From: a virus
Taxonomy: Duplodnaviria; Caudoviricetes
Strand: one strand, 5' to 3'
IMG/VR virus record: IMGVR_UViG_3300037851_000141
Coordinates: 64,001-128,000 of that record
DNA: 64,000 bases
In this document: positions 1-8,088 of the stretch, one piece after another
Numbering within the stretch: position 1 is the stretch's first letter
Layout: every line of letters starts with the position of its first letter
Translations under genes and position numbers: made by a program
Notes under the pieces: model-generated
Seen by the model: only the letters and a program-made list of their open reading frames with translations
The model's database searches: none
What the model was told of the DNA's origin: nothing

Positions 1-1042
1 TGCCAGCGTTCATTCCGATCTGCGACATACATAAAGCTAACGCATATTCTCTCACGAATTGATGCTCATACATATAATCATCGGCAACTTTAGCGGTAGC
101 TGCAATCGCAATGATTCCACGGGATGTTGGGGCTGGAGTTATACGGACTTTATGTTCAAGTTCTAATAACTGTACGTCAAGTTTAGTTGAATAAAGGGTT
201 CTAAACATTTCAAGATACTGCATACCCATTTCCCAACCAACAACATCAACGAACCCACCTTGACCGCCATGCCAGTATCCATAACGATTATCAACCCAAG
301 CAGTAGGACTTTGCATACCCCATGATCCACCACCACCTAATAACAAGTGCATTGGCGAGAATAATGCTTCTCCTTGAGTTTCATATGCTTGCGTGCCAAA
401 ATACCCCGCCCCCAAATTGTGATGTAGAGCTATTATATTGCTTGGGAGGTCATATACAGACTTAAATATAAATCCTTGTTTACTTGGTTTACCTGTTGTG
501 TCACCTTCAATCCAGAATGGACCTTCGGCTTCAGGATCACCCTTTTCAGTTTGTGTGAAGCAATGATCTGGTTGAATACCATCACCACACCAACCTGGAC
601 CACGGCAAGGAGACTCTTCTGGACAACAAACGCCATTTATTGAAGTTGGTTTAGGATTCTCGCATGCGCCCAATGGTTTAGGAATATGAGTTGTATTAAT
701 GGCTCCGCAGTCAGTTGGTGGGCATGCTGTAGTTCCAGTTGTGCCTGTAGTTCCAGCAGCAGTTGTAGATAAACACTCTGTAGTTACTGGTTTACGCCAT
801 CTTCCGGCAGTTGGTCCCGGTTGATTTACTGACCCCGTGCCATCGTAATATACTGGCTCTGGGCTGATAAGGATGATTGTATTCTCATTACCCACACCAC
901 TAGCAAACTCACCAAAATAATCGCATGCTTGGTCAATACAATCATCAATTTGAGTTGTATCAATAATAACGTCTACTACTGGAGCGCCTAATTTACGACG
1001 AATCCAATTAGCAAGTTCTTTTTTCTTACGATATGGGCGCAT
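1..1042 (-). CDS. gp13: Neck protein, T4 gp13-like (3'-truncated by window edge), with a Cys/Thr-rich insertion
   Basis: Not in the ORF track; translated by hand from ATG at 1042 (GGGAGA RBS): MRPYRKKKELANWIRRKLGAPVVDVIIDTTQIDDCIDQACDYF...YDLPSNIIAL...FVREYALALCMSQIGMNAG. The N-terminal 'LGAP..IDDCIDQA' and C-terminal 'VREYALAL' resemble gp13-type neck proteins. Confidence 0.8.
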   Translation of the reverse strand, partial: MRPYRKKKELANWIRRKLGAPVVDVIIDTTQIDDCIDQACDYFGEFASGVGNENTIILISPEPVYYDGTGSVNQPGPTAGRWRKPVTTECLSTTAAGTTGTTGTTACPPTDCGAINTTHIPKPLGACENPKPTSINGVCCPEESPCRGPGWCGDGIQPDHCFTQTEKGDPEAEGPFWIEGDTTGKPSKQGFIFKSVYDLPSNIIALHHNLGAGYFGTQAYETQGEALFSPMHLLLGGGGSWGMQSPTAWVDNRYGYWHGGQGGFVDVVGWEMGMQYLEMFRTLYSTKLDVQLLELEHKVRITPAPTSRGIIAIAATAKVADDYMYEHQFVREYALALCMSQIGMNAG

Positions 1043-1057
1043 AGGTATCTCCCATAG

Positions 1058-1065
1058 TATTTATA
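1058..1065 (-). promoter_or_regulatory. T4-type late promoter TATAAATA for gp13
   Basis: Exact TATAAATA 16 nt upstream of the ATG at 1042; gp55 is encoded in the window. Confidence 0.7.
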
Positions 1066-1071
1066 TGTTTA

Positions 1072-1302
1072 TCACACGATTGATTGTATTTTCTCAAATA
1101 ATGCTGTCATAATAGATTTCATTTGATTTGGCGTTATTGTTTGAGCGCCAACTGTCAGATTTCCAATATCTGTCCAATTTACCGTTTTGGTATATTGTTT
1201 TCCATCTTCATACCACTCAGCTTGGGTAGCATTTCTATTAATATGTAGAGCTTTGCCAGTTACCTGAATATCTGCTACTTTAGGTTTTGTTGAGTCGTCC
1301 AT
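1072..1302 (-). CDS. Small hypothetical protein directly after a tail fibre gene (possible fibre chaperone or tip partner)
   Basis: ORF track 1072..1341; start refined to ATG 1302 (MDDSTKPK) with AGGAG RBS just after the fibre stop codon. Confidence 0.65.
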   Translation of the reverse strand: MDDSTKPKVADIQVTGKALHINRNATQAEWYEDGKQYTKTVNWTDIGNLTVGAQTITPNQMKSIMTALFEKIQSIV

Positions 1303-1313
1303 GATAATCTCCT

Positions 1314-4106
1314 TTATGGGGGCGAGGTTGAATACGTCCAAGTTGCGTTGGTTGAAGACAGGTCAAGATAACGATATTTGATGTTGTTGGTGTCTACTCT
1401 GTATGCTATGACAAAGTAGTTCCCTTTTTTGTATGTTATCGTATCGCCATCCGTACTTGGAACCGTTGGATGGGAACTTAGTGATGTTGTCCAAAGATGG
1501 TTTAATTCAATGCGAGATGAACAATACACAGCGCCAGATAGATTAGTATCACCGTAAACAGTCAGTTGATAGCTTGTGGCTGGGTCTGTGTTTATGCCTA
1601 CACGACCATCTGATAGTATCTTGAAACGCTCACTGCCATTTGTCTTACATACTATATATCCAGCGTCTACCGCTTCCAAGACAAGAGCGGCAGTTCCTCT
1701 GTGGGATAATACTGAATTAGAGTTAGCGCCGGCATTATCACGTAATATTCTTAGTCCATAGTCAGTATATGTATCATCACCATGGAAATCTATGAGGGCA
1801 TACCGATTGCCAGAGCCGAATGCGTTAACCTCAATCGCTGTTCCTGTAGACATATCCCCGTTAACTTCTAACGCATAGCTTGTTGCCTGACGATTTATGC
1901 CAACCTTCGCATTACCTACACGAAGAACCGGAGTTTCTTGATATGACAAGTTAACTTCGGTGCCGGCAACTTGGATTGGTGCCCAACTTCCAAGGTTAGT
2001 CGTGTGGCTACCAACTGTAACCATGTTGCTTGATGATGTGACATATCCGCAAATCAGTTTGTTAATCCCGTCAGCACCGACAACAAGGTGTGGCCCCCAC
2101 GCACCGGCAGCAGCCTGCAATACTGACCCGCCAATTGCAACAGGACCATCATTGGCAATTCGCATGCGATAACTGTTATTAGTATAGAAATCCAGCGGGT
2201 GATTAGTATTGACCGCAACGAAAGCAGACCCTATCGTGCTGTAGCAGCCGAAATCGGCCTGAATGGCGGAATTGGAAGAGTATGCCCTAAAGCGGATATT
2301 GTCGGCCCCGTCGGCATATACGAAACCGGCAACTTCTAAAGCATGCACAGTTGGTTGTCGGCCAATGCCAATTCGCGCATCACCAACGTACAAGACCACA
2401 GTTCCATCAGAGTCAGCCAAGGCAAAATCGGCAATCGCACCACGATATGGACTACGATAATATGTACCCCAATTAGCATCACGCGACCACACACCACCAG
2501 TAAAATCGCCAGCGGTGGCCTGAAGCATCGCTAGGCCACCACCAAGAGTTACTTTGGATACTGTATATCCACTACGAGTAGCTGTTAGAAAATAATCGGC
2601 TGCGTTATAAGCATCATTGAGACATCCAAAATACATTGATGTACTATTCGTCCACACTTGCCAAAGTTTCTCATTTGTTGCTGCCGTTGATTTACACCAT
2701 GTTACAGTTGGATCGCTATTTACGTCACACCCAATGCTGGTGCCAGTTGCGCTACTAGAACCATTTGTAGTTCCAGAGGCGAGGATACGACCACTTGCCT
2801 GTAATGCCTCGCTGCCTGTTGGGTCCATGAGGATTCCAACTTTATTATAGAATCTCACAACACTGGCAGAATCAATAGTCAATCCACCATCTTCATATCC
2901 ACCATTGTTTCCGGCATAACGAAGCAGTCTAAACATTCCGCTAATTTCATCTATCACCCAAGTCTTTGTATTTCCTATAATAGCAAGTTCGCCACCTTCA
3001 GTGTTATTATACTTATTTAATACTAAGCCCCGGCCACCAGCATTAGTTGGGAATACTTCGACAGCGCCAGAAACCTGTAAACGTTCACTACCAGTTGGAG
3101 CCATACCGATGCCAACTAATCCGGCAGATGATATGCTTATGCGATCTGTGAATGTCTGTGCGCCTATAGTCGTTGGGTTACTTGATTGTATGATAAAACC
3201 ATCCGGCCCCTTATTTAAGAGTCTTACTCCCCAATAATCTGAATTTACTCCAGCCCAACGTTGATATTCTATGTACGGATTGTCTGATGCTGAGAAGAAC
3301 CCAATCGTCGGAGAGCCAGCACCAGATAATGTTGCGTTTAATGTGCCATTTATTTGTAGGGAGGCGGTGCCGGATGGTGACATTCCAATTCCGACTTTCC
3401 CACCATACTTATTCAACGATAAACTATATTTGTTGCTTCCTGCCGATGTCTGAAATGCTTCTAATACGTACTCACCAGATGTATCACTATATCCTTGTAA
3501 AGTAGTATCATTTGATGTATCATGATCAATATACTGGCGACCTATTCTTACATTTGATCCAACTTGACTAATTGAAGAATTGCCTAACGCTGTACTAGAT
3601 GTGGCAACTGGAATATAGTTTGTGGTTAATCCACTTATACCTCCACCGCCAGTTATATTATCTATTTGAGATTGTAAATGACCTGTAATTTCAGCAACTT
3701 CACTCTTATATATGTCTGGAGTTGGTTTTCCGCTACTTACTACATTACCGGAGCTATCAGTTACAAGTATGTTTTGATCAGTAATATTAGTTAAAACGAA
3801 TGGAACATTTACTTTTACGCCAGTTGTATCTACAGTTAAGCCATTACTACTATCTGTTGTAATTTTTATGGCTGTTCCGTGTTGGATATTAACATCAGAA
3901 TCATCTATAGATACTTCTTTACCTAATCCAGCAGTCATTATAACGTGAGTATTATCAAGCTCAACTTTCGTTTGTCCTGCTGGTGGTAATGGATCTGCTG
4001 TATATTTAAGTGTTACCGATTCGCCTTGAATGGTATGAATAGCTGATGGACCACCTATTGTGCTATTTTGGCTAACTTTAAGTGTTTTTATCTTGGTTTC
4101 TGCCAT
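1314..4106 (-). CDS. Long tail fibre protein (930 aa)
   Basis: At least six repeats of the fibre-shaft motif (K/R)(V/I)GI(G/N)xxPxxxxxL(Q/E)VxG; Gly/Ser/Thr-rich; carries the shared 'LVTDSSGNVVSS' and 'ITGHLQSQIDNI' motifs. Confidence 0.8.
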   Translation of the reverse strand: MAETKIKTLKVSQNSTIGGPSAIHTIQGESVTLKYTADPLPPAGQTKVELDNTHVIMTAGLGKEVSIDDSDVNIQHGTAIKITTDSSNGLTVDTTGVKVNVPFVLTNITDQNILVTDSSGNVVSSGKPTPDIYKSEVAEITGHLQSQIDNITGGGGISGLTTNYIPVATSSTALGNSSISQVGSNVRIGRQYIDHDTSNDTTLQGYSDTSGEYVLEAFQTSAGSNKYSLSLNKYGGKVGIGMSPSGTASLQINGTLNATLSGAGSPTIGFFSASDNPYIEYQRWAGVNSDYWGVRLLNKGPDGFIIQSSNPTTIGAQTFTDRISISSAGLVGIGMAPTGSERLQVSGAVEVFPTNAGGRGLVLNKYNNTEGGELAIIGNTKTWVIDEISGMFRLLRYAGNNGGYEDGGLTIDSASVVRFYNKVGILMDPTGSEALQASGRILASGTTNGSSSATGTSIGCDVNSDPTVTWCKSTAATNEKLWQVWTNSTSMYFGCLNDAYNAADYFLTATRSGYTVSKVTLGGGLAMLQATAGDFTGGVWSRDANWGTYYRSPYRGAIADFALADSDGTVVLYVGDARIGIGRQPTVHALEVAGFVYADGADNIRFRAYSSNSAIQADFGCYSTIGSAFVAVNTNHPLDFYTNNSYRMRIANDGPVAIGGSVLQAAAGAWGPHLVVGADGINKLICGYVTSSSNMVTVGSHTTNLGSWAPIQVAGTEVNLSYQETPVLRVGNAKVGINRQATSYALEVNGDMSTGTAIEVNAFGSGNRYALIDFHGDDTYTDYGLRILRDNAGANSNSVLSHRGTAALVLEAVDAGYIVCKTNGSERFKILSDGRVGINTDPATSYQLTVYGDTNLSGAVYCSSRIELNHLWTTSLSSHPTVPSTDGDTITYKKGNYFVIAYRVDTNNIKYRYLDLSSTNATWTYSTSPP

Positions 4107-4109
4107 ATA

Positions 4110-5570
4110 TCACCATAAGAAGTAGTGGAGTTTATATCCAGTTGTTGAAGGTACATCTGATAATACGACATTAAATCCTGTTCCTGTAACATTATATATA
4201 TTCGGAATAAGTAATTGGCTGGAACTTGTGGGAACAACAACGGTAACAACGGGATGAGTGTTGAATCTTGATGCGTGTGTGACTGTATATACATCATCAG
4301 TTGTATTAAGATCAATAGCGCCATCAACAATTAAGTTCCATATTTGATTTTGTAGATAACCAGATACATCTTCGACTGTAGCGTTTGTTGCTAAATCAGT
4401 TACAGCTATTCCAGATGAAACTATACCACCAGAAATATTGGAGACTAATATATTTTGGTCATTTACGGAAGAAATAAAATTACCAGATACTTTAACATTA
4501 CCTTCAACTTCTAATCTCTGTGTTGCCGTGATGCTGCTACCAAGATGAATATATCCAGTAGATTGTTCAATTCTCATTATTCCAAAGGTATCAGTACTAT
4601 TGATCTGTACAGCAACAAGGTTACTCACTCCATCACCATCAGTTGAAATAGTCATTCCTTTTAAAGTTCCGCGATTAATAGCCAGAAGAACAGTCGGATC
4701 TGTGGTATCTGGTAAGTTACTATATATGGTATTATTAGTATATATTGATCCATTAACAGATAACGTGTAAGTTGGTGTTGTCGTAAAACCAATACCCACT
4801 TTTCCGTCTTCAATCCGCATCCACTCACTTGATGCTGTACTACCTGATGGTGTTCCGAGAAATGAATGTCTAGTACTCCTATCAGTACCGGACCAAGTAT
4901 TTTTAGCATATATCACATAACTTCCATTGGAGGAAGTTGTATAACTCGAACCATCATAACCATAACCGGCAATCGATATTAACGCTGATCCGCTTGATAC
5001 TGTTGTTGGTGATGATCTAGTACCATTTGCGCGTCTGCCACCGATAACCGTATTAGAATTCCAGGTATCTCCAATTAAACGTACAAACGCACTATTAGCA
5101 CCACACATTCTAAACGCTGTGGTTGTATCAAGTGTGTCATTTGGTATTGATTCAGATCCAAAATCCGCTCTTATCGCTCCAGAAACTTGAACTCTTTGTA
5201 CGCCATCAGGAGTTTTTGCTATTCCTATCTTATTATCTGTTTGTGTTATTAATGAGTTTTGTAAATTGTTTCCATCAAATTGTGGTAAATTGCCTGCTGT
5301 TAGATTTACGGTTGACGCATAACTTCCCGAAATACTAACTGTGAACGTATTTGTAGGAGATTCAACAATTTGTATTCCTGAGTCACCTTTAATATCTATA
5401 CTATTTATTTGTGATTGTAGTTGTCCAGAAATATTAGCAACATCTGATGAAGTTATACTCCATTGAGTTGAAACAATATTACCATTTGAATCAACAGTCA
5501 GCGGTTTACCTTGATCTGATATCAAATCTTTTATTTTTATACCAGAATCAGATAAGATTTTATTTATCAT
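4110..5570 (-). CDS. Tail fibre-like protein (486 aa)
   Basis: GIG-type fibre repeats, one 'GIQIVESPTNTFTVSISG' repeat, two 'SGxLQxQI' repeats and a C-terminal 'IDLNT...GYKLHY' module. Confidence 0.75.
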   Translation of the reverse strand: MINKILSDSGIKIKDLISDQGKPLTVDSNGNIVSTQWSITSSDVANISGQLQSQINSIDIKGDSGIQIVESPTNTFTVSISGSYASTVNLTAGNLPQFDGNNLQNSLITQTDNKIGIAKTPDGVQRVQVSGAIRADFGSESIPNDTLDTTTAFRMCGANSAFVRLIGDTWNSNTVIGGRRANGTRSSPTTVSSGSALISIAGYGYDGSSYTTSSNGSYVIYAKNTWSGTDRSTRHSFLGTPSGSTASSEWMRIEDGKVGIGFTTTPTYTLSVNGSIYTNNTIYSNLPDTTDPTVLLAINRGTLKGMTISTDGDGVSNLVAVQINSTDTFGIMRIEQSTGYIHLGSSITATQRLEVEGNVKVSGNFISSVNDQNILVSNISGGIVSSGIAVTDLATNATVEDVSGYLQNQIWNLIVDGAIDLNTTDDVYTVTHASRFNTHPVVTVVVPTSSSQLLIPNIYNVTGTGFNVVLSDVPSTTGYKLHYFLW

Positions 5571-6334
5571 GACAAATACTCCGCAGTTTTTTCAGAAATA
5601 AGAGTTGCCCAATCCGTATCAGATAATGCCGTATCCCAATATGCGTATTCTCTCCAATGTGTATGGTTGTATCGGGTGTTATTGGACTCTCCCATTCTAA
5701 TAGAAGTGCCAGTACCAATTACCGTAGCCGTAGTGCCGGACCCGCTAGTACCATTATACCATGACGACCACTCTTGGGTTGACTTCATCCTGTAAAATGT
5801 CAAGAAACTGACCAACCTAGCCGCTACGGTGTCTCCATTGAATAATAAGGTGTTAACTATTCTGGGACTTGTACGATAGTAAACAGTTGGAGAAATGAAT
5901 GCGCGTCGGCGATCAAATGCTCGAACGTTGCCATCCCAGCAGCCGTAGATGTCTATAGCGTCGGTGTGCGCGCAATCCTCGGTGCAACCTACAAGCATCA
6001 TCGTAAACCCGACCGACCCCATGGCCGTGCGTATAGGATCGCCAACACCACCGACCTTGTAAAACGCACCACGACCAACAGTTCCGGTACCGTTTCTGCC
6101 CATATTAACACCAGTCTTGCCAAATACCAAACCTGTCTCAACAACCGGAGCATCACCCAAATGGCCAAGGGTAAAGCCAGCTTGCGTGCCATATGATGGC
6201 CAGCGACGAGGAACAGCGTCATTGACTGTGGAAGTCTGATCCTCTGCATGGTAATGAATACTTGCGGTCTGTATTATAGGAACCGTGTTGACAGTCCCTC
6301 TAAGAAGTGGTAGAATTCCCATTCCTAACATCAT
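5567..6334 (-). CDS. LamG/concanavalin A-like jelly-roll protein, putative receptor-binding tip
   Basis: Start refined to 6334 (ATGA overlap with the upstream stop). C-terminal 'WYNG...IRMG...EYAYWDTALSDTDW' resembles LamG-like domain ends; markedly GC-rich. Confidence 0.55.
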   Translation of the reverse strand: MMLGMGILPLLRGTVNTVPIIQTASIHYHAEDQTSTVNDAVPRRWPSYGTQAGFTLGHLGDAPVVETGLVFGKTGVNMGRNGTGTVGRGAFYKVGGVGDPIRTAMGSVGFTMMLVGCTEDCAHTDAIDIYGCWDGNVRAFDRRRAFISPTVYYRTSPRIVNTLLFNGDTVAARLVSFLTFYRMKSTQEWSSWYNGTSGSGTTATVIGTGTSIRMGESNNTRYNHTHWREYAYWDTALSDTDWATLISEKTAEYLS

Positions 6335-8079
6335 GGCTGACCCTTCCAATCTACAAGAACATTGGAATCATTAGAACCAAGACTTTCCATCGTAACAACC
6401 ATCCATTTGCTCGCGGTTGTTGCCGATGGGGCCGCAGTCATCCAAGACCAACCATTAGGCCAATATACCGTTCTACTTACACCATTATCCCGTAATCTCA
6501 AACCATATACATTCCCAGGATTTAGATAAGATGTTGCGAATGTACAATCCGTATCTAATCCATCCAACACACCAATAGTTTCATTTGCTCTTAAATTTAG
6601 AGTAACATTTGAACTACTACTTAATGTTTGAAATGCTGTACCATCATAGCCATTTAAGATTCCAACAATATAACTTATTTTATAACCAGATACAGGAGGA
6701 ATTGCTGATAATATGACGTTAAAGCCAGTTGATGTTATATTATGGATGTTAGCTAAAATAAGATCGCTTCCAGAAGTAGGAACAACGACATTTATCATAG
6801 GGTGTGGATTTTCTATAGCGTCATGGGTAACGGTATATAAATTGGTTGAAGTGTTAAGATTTATTTCTCCAAGTATTATATGTGTTGCGCCAGTTATTGT
6901 ATTTATTTGAGTTTGTAATATATTAACTTGATTATTTGTATATGAAACTGATTGGTTGTAGGCATTAGCAGAAGCAGATTGTACATAGGATGTTGAAGCA
7001 TAATCTCCGGTAATAGAAACCATCCATACATTACTTGGAGATTCAACAACCCTTGCTCCACTTACACCTATAACATTGAATGAATTTATTTGAGTTTGTA
7101 AATTGCCAGAAACCGAAGCAACATCAACAGACTTTATATATTCAGTTGACGTATCGAACCTATTTGCTCCACTATTCCAAACAGCAACTCCACCATTTAT
7201 AGGCGAATTCTCTCTGGTTGCTACTGGTTGTAAGTCATTTATTTGACCGACCTTAAACGTATCTGTCAGTTCATCAAATATAATAGCATAATCTGTTAAT
7301 GAACCTCTATCAACAAGCAATCCCGCCGAAATATTAGTAACACCAGCACCAACCTCACCAGCATTAATGTAAATAATATTATCTTTTGCTGAAATTGATT
7401 CTGTATTTACAATAAACTGCGTGCCAGATACTATTAAATCTCCATTGACTGTTACATTATCTGTAAATACTTTATCACCACTAAATTGAGAACTTAATGA
7501 TGTTATTGTAGTAATTTGATTTTGTAATGATCCGGTTAAACTTTCTACTTGAGAAACTGTAGCATAATCGCCAGAAACACTAACTGTAAACGTATCATTA
7601 GGAGATTCTACAACTGATATCCCTGAACCACCAAGAATAATAGTAGTATCTACAGGGGAAATACCATTGATTTGTTCCTGTAAATAACCAGATATATCAG
7701 AAACTTCGGCACGGAATATATCTGGAGCCGGTTGAGACTCTAGATTGTCTAAACGTAAATCAAATACTGCTGTTATATTTTCTACTTCGGATCTTAATGT
7801 AGCATCACCGAAACTGCCAGAGACACTTATTGTAAATGTATTGGTTGGAGCTTCTATAACTTGAATTCCGTATCCACCATTTACTTCTATATTTGTACCT
7901 GAAATGTTATCTATCTCGTTTTGTAAATATGCTGATATAGCTGCTGTTTCAGATTTTGTAATGTAATTATTGAAATTCTCGCTAGATGATATTATATTAC
8001 CTTGAGAATCTATAGTTAACAGATTTCCGGTGTACCCTTGAAGATTGTTTATCTGTATATCATCTGTGCGTATCTTCAT
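6331..8079 (-). CDS. Tail fibre-like protein (582 aa)
   Basis: Three ESP/EAP repeats, several SGxLQxQI repeats, one 'INLNT...GYKISY' module and a C-terminal 'RTVYWPNGWSW..P' domain of the kind found at fibre C-termini. Confidence 0.75.
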   Translation of the reverse strand: MKIRTDDIQINNLQGYTGNLLTIDSQGNIISSSENFNNYITKSETAAISAYLQNEIDNISGTNIEVNGGYGIQVIEAPTNTFTISVSGSFGDATLRSEVENITAVFDLRLDNLESQPAPDIFRAEVSDISGYLQEQINGISPVDTTIILGGSGISVVESPNDTFTVSVSGDYATVSQVESLTGSLQNQITTITSLSSQFSGDKVFTDNVTVNGDLIVSGTQFIVNTESISAKDNIIYINAGEVGAGVTNISAGLLVDRGSLTDYAIIFDELTDTFKVGQINDLQPVATRENSPINGGVAVWNSGANRFDTSTEYIKSVDVASVSGNLQTQINSFNVIGVSGARVVESPSNVWMVSITGDYASTSYVQSASANAYNQSVSYTNNQVNILQTQINTITGATHIILGEINLNTSTNLYTVTHDAIENPHPMINVVVPTSGSDLILANIHNITSTGFNVILSAIPPVSGYKISYIVGILNGYDGTAFQTLSSSSNVTLNLRANETIGVLDGLDTDCTFATSYLNPGNVYGLRLRDNGVSRTVYWPNGWSWMTAAPSATTASKWMVVTMESLGSNDSNVLVDWKGQP

Positions 8080-8088
8080 TTAGTTCCC

